A DNA stretch of 64,000 nucleotides from Lama guanicoe (GCA_013239625.1 MU054212.1:3684744-3748743); one strand, 5' to 3'; shown: positions 13,575 through 26,846, counted from the stretch's first letter. Numbers and translations are program-made. The notes: generated from the letters alone by a model not told the origin.

Positions 13575-14300
13575 GTAAAAGAGAACATATGGGAAATCTA
13601 AAAAACCAAAACAAATGAACAAAAATAACAAATAGTTATAGATACAGAGAACAGGTGGTTCCCAGATGGAAAGGGGCTAGGGGGAGGGGAAATGCAGGTA
13701 AGGGAGATTAAGAGGTACAAAGTTCCAGTGGCAAAAAAATGAGTCATGGTATGAAATGCAGTTTGGGGAATATAGTCAATAATTATGTCATATCTGCATA
13801 CAGTAACAGAGGACAATTAGACTTATTGTGATCATTTTGAAATGTACAAAAACATCAAATCACTATGTTTTGTAACAAAAATTAACAGTGCTGTAGATCA
13901 CTTACAGTTCAAAAAAAAAACTCACTCAGAAAAAGATCAGATTTGTGGCTACCAGAAGCAAAGGGTAGGGGCAGGGGGAAATGGATGAAGGCTATCAAGA
14001 GGTATGAACTTCCAGTTACAAGATAAGTACCAGGGATGTAATGTACAACATGATAAATATAATTAGTACCACTGTATATTATACACAAAAGTCGTTAAAA
14101 GAATAAATCCTAAGAGTTTTCCATCACAAGAAAATTTTTTTCTATGTCCCTGAATTTTTTATCTATGAGATGATGGATGTTCACTAAACTTACCGTAATA
14201 GTCATTTCATAGTGTATGTAAATCATCATGCTGCCCACCTTAGACTTATACAGTGCAGTATGTCAACTATATCCCAATGAAGCTGGAAAAAAAAAACTAA
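13575..14300 (+). mobile_element. L1 3'UTR (L1MA/MB-like) ending in A-rich tail
   Basis: gatacagagaacaggtggtt...gagattaagaggtacaaagttccag...ttatacagtgcagtatgtcaactatatcccaatgaagctggaaaaaaaa. Confidence 0.85.
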
Positions 14301-14444
14301 ATACAAGATCTGCCTCTTGATTCAAATATACTAACACTAAAAAGACACATTTAAGAAAACGTGAGCTTGTCTATCTCAGCCAGTGGGCCAAGGGTCTCAT
14401 AGTTTTTATGATTGTCTTTTCATTAGGAAATAGACCGGTTTCCC

Positions 14445-14458
14445 CCCATAGGTGGCAC
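14445..14458 (+). promoter_or_regulatory. Candidate CTCF motif
   Basis: cccataggtggcac, 12/14 to CCACYAGRKGGCRS. Confidence 0.3.
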
Positions 14459-15186
14459 AGACTAGAATTTTATTTCTCACAGGACACTTTCTAAATCATC
14501 CTCATAGATTTTAATCATCTGTAGCTATCCCAACATCTCTCAATACTTTCTTTACATTTTCTTAATTTCCCACATTTAAAGTCCCTCTTTCTCCCAGTAG
14601 AAAAGACTCCTCTCTCCAGACTCCTAAGCAGAGCAGATTCTCACAAGGAGACACATGCATGCCCTGAACTTGGAAACTAGAGACAGGAAGCAGCGGCTGT
14701 GAGACGTGCTTGCAGACCCACGAAGCCGCGGCAGTGCCAGAGCCGCCTGGGTTCAGGACCACAGGTGCTGGACAGCAGCGATGCCCGCAGTGGGCTGGGC
14801 ATCCTTCCTGGTGGCAGCTTCAGATTCCAGCTCCCTGGACCTCCAGGAAATTTCTTTCTGTTGAAAGCCAACAGGGTGATAACACTGTTTGCAACCCAAG
14901 TCGCATCCACCCAGAGCCTCTTTGCTGTGTCCCTGGGCCAGCAGATAAAGCATTCTAGCCTTCCACGAAATTAACTGGTTTCTTGAACAAGTCAAATGAT
15001 CTAAAAGGGTGTGTTCAAGGATGGTTTAGGCTTTCAAAGGACTCGGATTTATGCAATTATCTCAGTTCTAGTTCCCCATCTGATGCAGGCCCAAGGTTCC
15101 CTCTCCTACCCCTTTCTGGGCATTAACATCTCAATCCCCAGCCCCACCCCTGCAGGGCTTGTGATGCTGGATTTGATTCTCTCCTC

Positions 15187-15385
15187 TAGGGGTCAGCAAA
15201 CGATGGCCTGTTTCTGTAAATAAAGTTTTGTTGCAACACCGTCACTCACTCATTTCTGAATTGCCTATTACTGCCTTTGATCTGGAATGGCAAAACTGAG
15301 TAGCTACAACAGAGACTGAGATGGCCCAAAAGCCCGGAAGTATTTACCATCTGGCCCTTCACAGAAAATGTCTACCAATCTCTGC
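15187..15385. mobile_element. MER58A-like hAT-Charlie element
   Basis: taggggtcagcaaac...gtaaataaagttttgttgcaacac...tatttaccatctggcccttcacagaaaatgtctaccaatctctg. Confidence 0.85.
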
Positions 15386-15859
15386 TCTACTACGTCAGGA
15401 TGGCTTTGAGTTTCTTCATTTCTGACACCATGTGATTCTTCTTGTTTCAAGCTTGAGAGAAGGATTCTAATTTTTGTTTTCTCTCTTTGGGGGAAGACAG
15501 TTCTCGCCAGCTTAGTGTACCACGCTGCCAAGAGTTCCGTGTATAACATGCACAAACCTGAACTACAGGAGAAAAATTTCCTGACGTCACAGAAAAGAGG
15601 GAGGGACACAGGAATGATAACAGTGATGCCACTTAGAATGTATTAACATGCACACCCTGATACCTTGTCTTACCAGCACATAATCTCCTTATATACCCTA
15701 AAGCTACTTTAAAAGCTCTGAAAATATGTTCCAACTCTCTTTCCATTCATAAATACCAATTAAGAGTCATAGATAATTGTCCAGGCCTCTTATGGATGAA
15801 TATTCATCTATTTGTCAATTCTTTGGTCAATGGGGAGACAGCACAGCATCAATTTTAGG

Positions 15860-16100
15860 CAGAACAGGGAGAGGCGACTGGGGAGTCCAAGTCCATGTGG
15901 CTCTTCTACTTAATCACTCTGGGAGCCGGGAGGAGTTACATGAATTCTCCAGCCTCAGTTTTCTACCTACAGAAAGGAATTCACAATAACTTCCTTGCAA
16001 AGTTACTGTGAAGGTGAAGTTGATCCACACACAACATTTAGCTTAGCGTCTGTTACACAGCGAGAGCTTGGGTAAGCACTAGCTACCTACTATCATCATC
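15860..16100 (+). mobile_element. MIR SINE relic
   Basis: ctccagcctcagttttctacctacagaaaggaattcacaataacttccttgcaaagttactgtgaag. Confidence 0.7.
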
Positions 16101-16726
16101 GCCGTCAGTGTTATTGGTGACCTGTGGTCATGGAAAACAAAACTCTATAAATGGACACGTATTTTAACCCTGCAGTGCTAACAGAAAAAAAAAAAGTTAC
16201 TTTCCTGTTTCTCTAAGTCAAATTTCGTATGTTTAGAAACCACCCCACTATGATGGCAGTAAGTCCTTGGTCATCACTGAGCTGCCTCCCCGCCCATCTT
16301 GGCTTGTTCACGTTTCTTGTGGTGCATACAGAATTCACATCTTCGTAAGGCTGACTTTCCTTATTCTACACTCCTTCCGTTGACAGTTCTTGAAGAAGGG
16401 CAGGTCCATAACTTGCATGCAGATTCCCTTCACCTCCCCAGGGTGCGAACTTCAGTGATCAGTTCCCACCACCACGGTCCCTGTTAGTATCCGAGACCCC
16501 TGCTTCTCAGGACACTTCACATGGATACCAAGTAACACTCCCAACAGCACACAGGGGGGAAAGAGCATCCGCACCACTCCCAAGAGAGGCCAAGCAGCTT
16601 TGCCAACATGAGGGCCTCACGACGTCAGTGAGGGACCCCAGCAGAAGCACCAGGTCTCCCAGGGAGTGCGAAAGCAGAAGGAAGCACCCACAGCTCGGCA
16701 GATGAGGCTGCTTTTGGAAGGCTCAC

Positions 16727-16776
16727 CTGTAGTATCCGACAAACTGCATGAGTGCAGCAACACCTGCGGCAGGCAG
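16727..16776 (-). CDS. Candidate 50-nt internal exon of an unidentified minus-strand gene
   Basis: Strong acceptor ctgtgctttctcttcttgcttcAG and donor CAG|GTGAGC; all three frames open (LPAAGVAALMQFVGYY / CLPQVLLHSCSLSDTT / ACRRCCCTHAVCRILQ). Confidence 0.45.
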
Positions 16777-17269
16777 CTGAAGCAAGAAGAGAAAGCACAG
16801 TGGATCCCATGTGCCTGGGTCAAACTCGTTTGTGACCGTGTGTGAGACCCCTGGGGACGCCCAGGAGAACCATGGTGGGGGAACCCTGAATAGAGATAGC
16901 ACACTACTGGGTAGGAGCAAGTCCCAGTTCAACAGGCGCTACGTGTAACTGCAGAACAACAGTACCCCCCTCACAGGTATTTCATGATTTAATGTGGAAT
17001 CGCTTTGTGGAATCTGAGGTATTGCTAGTATGGGTTATGTTGGCTGCAACCTGTTCCTCCCTCCAAGTACCCTCGACTGAGAAAAAATGCTGAGACTTTG
17101 TTTCTGAAACATGGTCTCTGTTATATACGCTAATAAATGCATTCAGGTTCCAAGATGCTTTGAAAAATACAAGTTTTGTTCTGACTTTATTTGCAGGGAT
17201 CGTACTGTTACACGATTGTAAGAAAGAGTCCCAGATCCCTTCTTGAACATCACTGTGGATGGCTAGCCT

Positions 17270-17860
17270 GGGGAAAAGCAACATGTCAAATTAAACTCAG
17301 TATTTTCCTCCCTTCCGAACTCACTTCTTCTCTCCAGTATGCCCTGCGTCAGCACCATACGAACTGGTAACTGGGGTGTCATCTTTGACTCCTCTCTTCA
17401 CTATTCCTGGCATCCAATTAACCATTCAGACCTCTCATTCTTATTCAGTGTTTCTCAAATCCATATACTCTGTCCTTCCCCAATAACACTGCCTTAATTC
17501 AGCCCACCATGCTGTCTTCCTTTGACTACTTCTACAGCCGTCTGAGCAGTCTTCAGTTCTAAACATTATTTATGTCACCTCCCTCAAATTCCATCTTGCA
17601 GACAGAACCTCTTGCACAACTATGGAAGTGCCATGCTTTCTCACCTTCAAGTCGTTGCTTCTACAGGTTTTCTGCCTCTGATCATCCTTTCCTCCTTTTC
17701 CTAACATCTTCTAATTTTTGTCTTCTAGAGTTTACTTTAGATGTCACCTCTTCAGAGCATCTTTTCCTTACTGTCCTAACTTAATTTCACTATGCCTACT
17801 CCAGCTTATTATTGAAAACACTGTATTGTCCTTGCCTGTTTACTGACCACACTAGACTGG
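17270..17860 (+). mobile_element. L2 LINE relic
   Basis: caacatgtcaaattaaactc...gggtgtcatctttgactcctctcttcac...agatgtcacctcttcagag; CT-rich. Confidence 0.75.
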
Positions 17861-19115
17861 CGGGTCTCCAAGTGTGATTTGCACAACCCTGGGTGTCCCT
17901 GAGGCTCTTTCACAGTGTCCACAACATCAAGACTATTTTCAAATACTAGAGATACTCAGGCTTGGTTTGCTGTCCTCGCTGTGCTGACACACGCACTAAT
18001 GGTGCCAATATCATGGTGGATTTAAAATGCTGGCACCTTAGCTCAAACTGAAGCGATGTCTCCCAACTTCAGTAATAATTACCTCAATTAAACCTCAGCC
18101 CTTAGGTGTACATCTTTTTCAGTCCGTGATGCAAGAAGCATAAAGCACTTCTGTTGTATATCAACAGATGACAGCGAACTCAAGGTAAAGCACTTACACA
18201 ATGGTTTCAGTGGAACACATCATTTTTTTTTAATAGAATTCCACTTTCACTTGAAAGAATGACTGAAAACTAATGATCCAGACTTGGGTATCTGGCAAAC
18301 ATTTTATGGAAAATGAACAAAGTCAGTCTCTCAGTTCAAGGAAAGACAACTGACAGTATTTATTAAGATTCAAGCTTTCAGGTGAAAATTAAAATTTGAA
18401 AAACACACCACCATAATCTTAAGGGCTTCCTAATACTTTTAAGACTTTTCTGATAAGGTCAGTGATATTGACAAATGTAACTTTTTGATAAGATATAATG
18501 AAAGGTTAGATTATCATTTAGAGAATCTGCATAACTAAACCAGCCAGTATTTTCCAAATGACCAATGCACGGGAAAATATCCATTCAAAGCATAAGACAG
18601 ACCAATGGATTTGAATGTAACAGAGTATGAAAAGTTCATTTATATGGTTTCAAAATCCACTTTGCAACTAACATTTAGGGAACCATCATTTGCTGTATGT
18701 GGTATAGCATCAAAGAAGAATATCCACAATTATCTGAGAAGCAATTAAAATCCTCATCTTTCCCCCAGCTACATACCTTCTTATACTGAAACCAGAACGT
18801 AACAGATTGAATGCAAAAAGATGAGAATACAGCTATCTTCTATTAAACCAGGCATTAAAAATATACCTGCCAAAAGGTTAACAATGTCACTTTTCTCACT
18901 AAATTTTTTATGTTAAAAACCATAAATATTTTCAGTAAGATGGGTTACTTATGTTAATAGGTAAAGAACTATTAGCATTATTTTTTAGATTTCTGTTTTA
19001 CTTTCTAATATGAGAAACATCAATAGATTTATTCAACACAGAAGTTATTTGGGTCCTCATTTTTCAGAGTGTGAAGGGTGCGGAGGTCACATCCTGAGCG
19101 AATCTGAGATCTGTT
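17860..19115 (+). mobile_element. Charlie1-like hAT DNA transposon remnant
   Basis: acttgaaagaatgactg...cagacttgggtatctggcaaacattttatggaaaatgaacaaagtcagtctctcagttcaagg; degenerate transposase-derived sequence. Confidence 0.8.
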
Positions 19116-19894
19116 CCTCTAGACCAGAATCTCTGTCACAGAGCTTCATTATGTTGACTCTGACATCCCAGCTCCTAGCCTCAGTATCAAGCTCACAGAA
19201 AGCATTAAATACATATATTTCAAAGAAATGAAATATAGATGGGTCACTGCTTGAGGGGGGAAGAAATGTGAAACTCAGAAGGAGGTCTGCTGCTTCACCA
19301 CAGGACTCTGCGAGAAAACACAGACACACCTGAATCCACAATGGTCTGTCCCCCTCTACCCCGCTGACTTCGGACCTGCCTACAGATTTGTCTCTGGTTC
19401 CAAGATAACTCGAGAGAGTCAGGAGATGCGGGAGAGGTTTTACGAGAGCCACTCAGATGATTCAGAGTTAGAATAAAGCCCAGGTGAAAGTTACATTATT
19501 CTATTTATTGGATGGACTGTAAGGAGGGAACCTCAGAATGCTTGTCAGATGAAGTTGCACAGAACAGGCTGGCCAGCTGCTCTCTATTCACGGGGGCAGG
19601 AGCAGGAGGAAGCAACTTACCCTGAAGCCTGGGATTTGGAGGCAAAGAACTCGGTGGTACTGAGGGTTATTACGCATGATAATGGGCTTGCCAGGGAGGC
19701 CTGGAGTAACTGAAGAACACTTCTGCTGAAGGAATGGTAAATACCGTTCTGATTGTCTCAATGGGTTGTATTAATCCCAAGAAACAAGTAGAGCTACACT
19801 ACCTAGAAAAATACTGCTTTAATTAAAAATTCAAGAAACACAAACTATCATAAAAGTATTTCCATCATGCCTCTTTTAATAATGTTATGAAGCA

Positions 19895-19991
19895 GGGAGG
19901 TATAGCTCAGTGGTAGAGCACGTGCTTAGCATACACAATTCCCTAGGTTCAATCCCCAGTACCACCATTAAAAATAAAGTTAAAAAAAAAA
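19895..19991 (+). mobile_element. tRNA-derived SINE, camelid type, with probable TSD
   Basis: gggaggtatagctcagtggtagagc...taggttcaatccccagtaccacc plus A tail; flanks taataatgttatga (19877-19890) and taataaagttatga (20002-20015). Confidence 0.85.
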
Positions 19992-20090
19992 GTTTATACG
20001 CTAATAAAGTTATGATTTACTCAAGTCTAAAGGAAGGGCCAACTGAAAGGCTGTATTTTAAAAAGTTACATTATTTGTCAAGTTTCTGCC

Positions 20091-20565
20091 TATTATGGGT
20101 TGAAATGTGTCCCCCTGTCTTCGTATGTAGAAGTCCTAACTCCAGTATCTCAGAATGTGACCCTGTTTGGAAATAAGGCCATTGTAGATGTAACTAGTTA
20201 AGTGAAGATGAGCTCAGACTGAAGTCGGATGAGTCTAATCCAATGTGACTGGCGTCCTTATAAAAATGGGAAATTTGATGATAGACTAGTACAGAAAGAA
20301 AACAACGTGCGCACACAGGGAGAACACCATGTGAAGATGAAGGCAGAGACCGGGCTGATGTGTCTATAAGCCAATGTCCTCCAAAGATGGCCAACCACGA
20401 GGAGCTAGGGAAGAGGCATGGAAGAGACTCACCCCCACAGCCCTTAAAAGGAACCAACTCTCTGATACCTGATTTCCAGCATCTGGCCTCCAAAACAGAC
20501 ACCAAAACTGATCATGAATTTCTATGTTTAAGCCCCTCAGTTTGGCAGCCACAGCGAGTACAGTG
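20091..20565 (+). mobile_element. MLT1 (ERVL-MaLR) solo LTR, MLT1B/C-like
   Basis: tattatgggttgaaatgtgtcccc...cagtatctcagaatgtgacc...gtccttataaaa...ggaaccaactctctgatacctgatttcc...tttctatgtttaagcc. Confidence 0.9.
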
Positions 20566-22139
20566 CCTCTGGCTGCAAAGAGATTTTAGCTTAATGAGCA
20601 AGAGGAGGAAACAGTACGCTCAGCGTCATGACGCCGTAGGGTGAGATGTTTAGGACTCTTCTTAGGTGGGCACCAATCTGCAGTTTCCTTGGTAAAGAGT
20701 CTGAGGACAGGGATATGATGCCCAAGGTGCTTATCAACCCCCTTCCTCTCTCATCCTCTAAAGTCACTCATCACCATGCTATATCATAGCCTCACTTCTC
20801 GTCCCTGGAGAATTGTGCTTATGAGGATGTAGCTGACCTGTGTTCCAAGGCTCCCCTACACAGTGAGTCAGCTGTAGCAGCACAGATCATGGCAATGTTC
20901 ATACAGAGTAACGCAAAGGTACAATCAGTTTTAAATTCATGGTCTATGTAACTTAGTGGTTAAAAACGATGGTGCTGAGAGTAGCAGTGAGAATTAAATA
21001 GTGAGTCACGGCGCATGTGTGCATGTGTGTGCATGTAGTGTGCCTTCTGTTCTCCACTGCTTGTCAAGCCCCCTAAAGCACAGTTCAGACAAGGCTGTTA
21101 GTACTTGAAAGAGTCAAAAATGATGTCCAAGTACATAGGGAAAAATGAGAACACGGGTCTTGACGAACAGTCAGGTTGGCTGATTGAAAAGTTAATTCAG
21201 TGATACAGGCTTTCATTCAATCTCTAGAATGTGCACCGAGTAATTTTTTTGACCTTTTGTATTTCCCTTGGTGGTCTATACTCAAGCCCCCTGTGCCCAA
21301 TCGCATCTCCCCTTCTTTTACCTCTTATTCCCACCCCATGAGAAAGAAAACAAGTATCTCACTATGTTCGGTGTGAGGAAGCTGCCCACATGCTAATTAG
21401 CTGCAACCACTGTCAGGTTTAACCTGATTCTTTTTTATCCTTCTAACATTTAAACTTTGTTTCTATCTTCAAACTCAGCATCTCTGAATTGTTTGTGTCA
21501 AGCTTTGCCTGAGCAGAAAGCAGATCCTTGGGAGGTCAGAGAAAAGAGCAAGGCATTGAGAAAGATGTTGGCTTTTGGTTGTTTGAAGACTGAGCGGATT
21601 ATCTCATTACCCCAGTTTCCAGCCCACTGGCCTGTGGGATGAGCGTGCTCCGGGGTCACCCTCGGTTTGGGGGCACTGGCTGGGCTCCACGCTCTGCCCC
21701 TTCAGCTGTCAAGCTCACGCCTACTCCTGAGACACCCATTCATCTACTGAGAAGGAGGCGCAGGCAGGGCGTATTTTTAAGCACAGCAAGCCACATGGTC
21801 TGTATTATTTATTTCTCCTCTAACAACTAGTTCATCAGTAAAGTCAAAGTTCTTTGATCCCAAAGGATAAAACTCTCCTTCACCAATCAATCTTCACCTA
21901 CTCTTCTGTAATTATGGATTATTTACCCCGATCTCACCTCCCTGGCAGCTTGAAGCTAAGGTGTCCTGTAGCTGGCGAATGAGGTAACACACAAGGTAAT
22001 TCGTCATTATCACAGGTCATTAGTTTTGTATGTGTTTCAACCCATGTGCTTCACTACCGTTGTTACAATACTGGGTCACAGAAGACGGGAATGTGGACTA
22101 GAGGGGGAGAGGAGTCATCTATTTGCTTACAGGTTCCCA

Positions 22140-22165
22140 ACACACACACACAGACATACACACAC
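22140..22165. repeat. Imperfect (CA)n microsatellite
   Basis: acacacacacacagacatacacacac. Confidence 0.85.
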
Positions 22166-22473
22166 AAGGCAAATCTCAAGAGGACAAGCGATAATAAATA
22201 AAACCCAATCAGAAAGGTCAACTGCTGTTTGGTTAAGACAGAAAAAGCTACTACAGGGAATATTTTTAATATAATAATAACTACACAAAAGTTAAAGTAT
22301 TCCTGCATTGAGACTACTGATACAGCTTCCGTGGTTACTGTGAGCTTCTTCCTATCAGTCTCCCCCCCCACGAAGGGGAAGGGGAAAACAACCTGCTCTG
22401 GTGGCCGGGACCACTGCCAGTAAGGTCTGTATACCAGCCCTCCTCTGACTGCCTGCTAAGAAATGTCACTGTA

Positions 22474-22487
22474 CTGCCCTCTAATGG
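22474..22487 (-). promoter_or_regulatory. Candidate CTCF motif
   Basis: Minus strand ccattagagggcag, 13/14 to CCACYAGRKGGCRS. Confidence 0.45.
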
Positions 22488-22494
22488 TTACTAC

Positions 22495-22771
22495 CTGGCA
22501 GGTTTAAGGCCACCAGAATTGAGCTGTTCAACCACCACTGCATAAGGGATGCCACCGGATACACGATGAGGGTAGATTCTAAACCGAACCCACGTCATCT
22601 TTTCCAAAAGAACCATCATTGTTGGATCAGCACGAGGATCTTCACTTTTGTGCATTTGTGTTTGATCTGAGAAATTATGGAGCTCCCAGAAGCCAATACC
22701 ACACACTCTTTCATTAACAGATGGTGGAGTACTAAGGATCTTGCTTGAGATTGTAACACAATACAGTTTCA
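22495..22771 (-). CDS. Candidate 277-nt exon (phase 1->2): KLYCVTISSKILSTPPSVNERVCGIGFWELHNF...QLNSGGLKPA
   Basis: Acceptor caactttgttttcAG; weak donor AG|GTAGTA; only one open frame. Confidence 0.3.
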
Positions 22772-25349
22772 CTGAAAACAAAGTTGAAACTTAACCCAGA
22801 GTCTGCATCAGTGCCCTTTATGTGGTAGATTACCAGCCAGGTGCATATATGTCTCAGAATGCGTATGTATGTATATATGTCTCTTTTAAAAGGTATAACT
22901 TCATTAACCTGAGTCTCTTGAAATCTCTTGGTAATTTCCCTTACCTCAGATTCCTCACTGCCGTTACTTACTGTCAAAAGCTCAAACCAGAATCTTCATC
23001 CAAGGGTCACAGTTTGAGCTTCCAGACTTCCTACTCTCAGGCCTGTGGGTCAGCCCTGAAGGAGATGTAGAGAAAGCCCGACGGCTTGGATGCCTTTGGC
23101 ACACTCTTCAGCCAGGGGCCTGACCTTCCATCACCCCTGAGGTTGGACCAAGAAAAGAACCAGCTCGTAACCACAGGCGAGCGAGAAGAGGAAGGCTTCC
23201 ACACGGCCCAGGGAAGACCTGCCCCTCCACTAGCTGATCACGTCACATAAGCATTAATAACACTGCTGAAAGTGGCATGTGGTTCTATCTGGCCACGCCT
23301 CAAGCAGTTTCTACAGCCCAGCTGCTAGTTGCTGTCTCTGAGATCCATTTATAAATAATTGAAGTATTTAGTGTGAAATTACCACTGTGTCTGAAAGGGA
23401 GCTTGTGCCAGTGCCCGTCAGATGGGGAATCCCATCTGTGTTAGGCTGAAGGAGATGGGGCGGGACCTAGGACCTACCACCAGGGGTGGGTGTGTGTAGG
23501 GTGTGTGTGGGGGGTAGGTGGGGGGTGTCGCCTATGTACCTGCATCAGCAATCTCCCGTAAGGGAAAGGGGCAGAAGAATGGGACTTAAATTGTTCCTTC
23601 ATCTTCTCCAAGTGGGTGTCTAGGGCAAAGCACCACCTTTAACCTGAAGCTCTTGAATTTGCTTCCAGCTGGAAAAACCGGTTTGTAGTAAAAGAAAAAG
23701 AAAATTGAGGAAGGGAAGTGCCAAATGTCAGAGTGCGACAGCATGGCTACCAAGGCATCGCAGACGTCTGGCTCAAATACTTCAAGAGAGATTCAACTCA
23801 CACAAACAGAATTCTCTGTGACATTATTCTAAGAGACACAGAGGAGGGAAACTGTGTAGACAGCAGGAGGGGGAAGAAGTGCTATGATTCTATCATTCTT
23901 GAAATAATGGTTTCAAGGAGAGGGCAGAGAAGGGGAATTGGCATGGAAAACTTCTTAACAGACTTTTTCTTTATGCAGTTTTTCAAAATAATTTTAGTCT
24001 AGGACACAAGCGCTGTATATGCCTGACAAGCGCCAAATTCAGATGGAGTGAGTTTTCATTTTATAAATTGCAAAATATCCTCACTCTTATCTCCCCCAAA
24101 CAGATCACATTAATTCTGAGGGGAAATTTGAGTCTGAATTTGTTAACAAATAGCTCCTTGCAAGTATTTTTTTAAAGATGCTGATGAAACTAATTTGAAG
24201 AGTTTGGTGCAGGAGATTTCTTAAAAATTAAGTGCTATATTTCTCTCTTCTAAACTTTCTGGAGATAGCTCACTCTTAAAAGTAAGGAAGCACTGCTTCA
24301 AAAAGCACATATGGGAAAAAAATAAAAAGCACATATGTTTTACCAGCAATTATTTATTGGGGATCTTCCCTGTTTAAAGCATGGTGCTGGATGGAGTGAG
24401 GGGGCGAGAGGTTCAAAACATTTTGAAGCAGCGTCTTTGCCCTCAAAGGACTCGCAGCATACAGAGGTGTTCCAGCAGAATAAATCCATGTTCTTCCACG
24501 GATTTGGGGCCATCTCTAATTCAGCAGATTCGTAGACAACTCTCCCCCACAGACTCCACTGAATTCCTACTGAATCATAAACATGGGTAACGCAACAGAG
24601 ACCGATGCTTTAAGATAATCCTACAAAGAGAGAGCAACTACAAACGATAAAGGCTGAACTCAACCAGTCCAGCCGGCTTCTGCTAAAGATGGTACTTGAT
24701 CACCTTGGAAGAACCATCCATAGTTTCTCAGAACAGCAAGAAATGCCGAGGAGGAGCAGATAGAGCTCAATCGTTCCACCTAACCTCCAGAGGCCAGGCC
24801 GTCAAAGGGGAGTCTTCTAACTGGACTGGGACCCGAGATGGGGGAAAAGGAGAGGGACGGCCAAGGTGTGTTCCTGGTGTGGTCAAAAGGCTGTACTACC
24901 TGAAACCACTGACATCGGCTGGTGCTGAGACAGCGGCTGTAACTGAAGCAAATCTCATTTGTATCATCAGCTCCTGTACCTTCAGCTGCACTCAGTTACT
25001 GAGCTGAACATCTGTGCAACCCAGCCTCTCAGTCAGCGTGTGCAGCCAGACCGTCTAGCTGATCCATTTCTAGGTTTCTGCACGTCCCTGTGTCCTGGGG
25101 GAAACCATGGGGGTGGCACACCGGCTCTCTTCTTTCGAAGTCAGCTTCCCTTAGGAATATGAGCTGCACCTTTGGTGCCATAATGTGGGAGGTGAGGGTG
25201 TTACATCCTTACAGGCAGCTGTTTTGTACTTGGATAAATGTCCTATCTGTCAAGGGTACCGGCAGGGTAGGGGGCAGAGAGAAAGAAAAAGACAGATCTG
25301 GAAAATGATGGGCAGCAAAGGCCATACAACAGAGAGTATTTTCTGTCCA

Positions 25350-25520
25350 CTGCTACGTGTATTTCTTTTATTCATCCTGAATGTCACCCTGGGATCCTCT
25401 ATAAAGACGCTTTTTAGCCTTGCCTCATGTATTTCATCCCTTGCTCCTGGAACCTTGCTTACTCTGAGATCCTCTATGAATCTTATATCTACATCTTTTA
25501 ATGCTTTAGAGATCACCACA
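25350..25520 (-). mobile_element. Possible very old CR1/L3-type ORF2 relic
   Basis: Translation LRVSKVPGARDEIHEARLKS loosely resembles the non-LTR RT motif K-S-P-G-P-D-x-I-H-P-R-V-L-K. Confidence 0.25.
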
Positions 25521-26846
25521 TGTCACAGCAAGATGACTTTGGTGGAATTGTTGCCAGCGTGGTGGGCAGACCCATGTGCATTCATACGTGGAATCCAACT
25601 ACCCCATTAATCCAGTCTCTTTCTCTTCTTGCACACTGACTCGAAGGAGGTCCTCTTAAAGAAAACGGAGCCAGATTTGAGAATGAAACCTTGGAGAGAG
25701 CCTGTATCATCTTGGTTCACGGACTCTCATAGGTCAGTTAAGAGAACATCCTGCAGCACAAGAGGTATGAAGATGAGGAGGCTGCAAAATACCACCCAAT
25801 GATGTAATCAACACGACCAATCCTTTCCCTTCTCTATATATGAAGCTACATGCTTGGCTGAAGAGGGAAGACTTCCCAGGTAAAGGATGATCATTCTGGC
25901 CTTGAGGAGCTGAGCAACCAAAATGTCATTGGCCTACTGTTATGTGACCCCTGCAGATCTCCATGTGAACACTGCCATAGCTTGTGAGGAAGGGACGGGT
26001 TAACACTGGACAACAATTCTGGAAAGGCTCATGAGCCATATACCATCGAATCAGGTGCCAGTGTCTCTTAAATTCCCTTCCTGTTCATCTGACATTAGTG
26101 TTTTTAACCTGTCTGGCTTTCCATCACCCTGTGGGATCTTTGGGAACAGGAAATGTCTCACCCACTTTTACAGACCCAGCACCTTGTTTAATAGCTGGGA
26201 CACAGTAGCTTCTAAGTGTCTACTGAACTGAATTAATGCCTAGTTTCTTATGCCTGCTCCAAATCATAGGGTCATGCTAACCAACATCAATCTAAAAGAT
26301 TTGCTCCTTCACTCTTAATTGAAAAACAATGAAATGAAGTACTGTTGGTCTAACCAGGAAGTTTGAGTATAAATATAGACACACGAATTAAATAAACCAA
26401 AAGGACCAATTTCAGCTCTGTTAGAAAATAACTTTAAACCCTCAAAAGATTAAGCCCCACATGATAAATAATCAGACATGAATTTTTATGGCACCTAATA
26501 TTTACACCACTGAATTAGCAGCTTTAAAGACAGCACGATAGAAGAGTCCAGGAGAAGGTATTTTTATAGTATTTCTCTAAATGTAAAAGGCAGATCTACA
26601 TTTTTGGAAAATACCATTCTGAGAAAAAAAGGAAATTTTGGATCAGTCCATGTGGTTCCACAACGTGTAGCTGCCACAAACCTTAGCTCTGAAATTCACA
26701 AGATCATTACCGTTATGTACCAAGAGTGAGTGGTCCAGGCTCTTAGGAAGAATTGAGATCATCTTAATGCATATAAACTCGGTGTCAGGAGCATCTCAAG
26801 GAATCAAAATATAAAGTCCTGGAAAACAGGCTAGATACTTACTTAC

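Noticed and set aside
20860..21010. Pair of AP-1 TGAGTCA motifs
   Set aside because: A 7-mer on two strands is expected roughly 8 times in 64 kb by chance; no clear enrichment.
23481..23530. G/GT-rich tract with possible G-quadruplex
   Set aside because: Degenerate microsatellite; common in mammalian DNA with no functional context.
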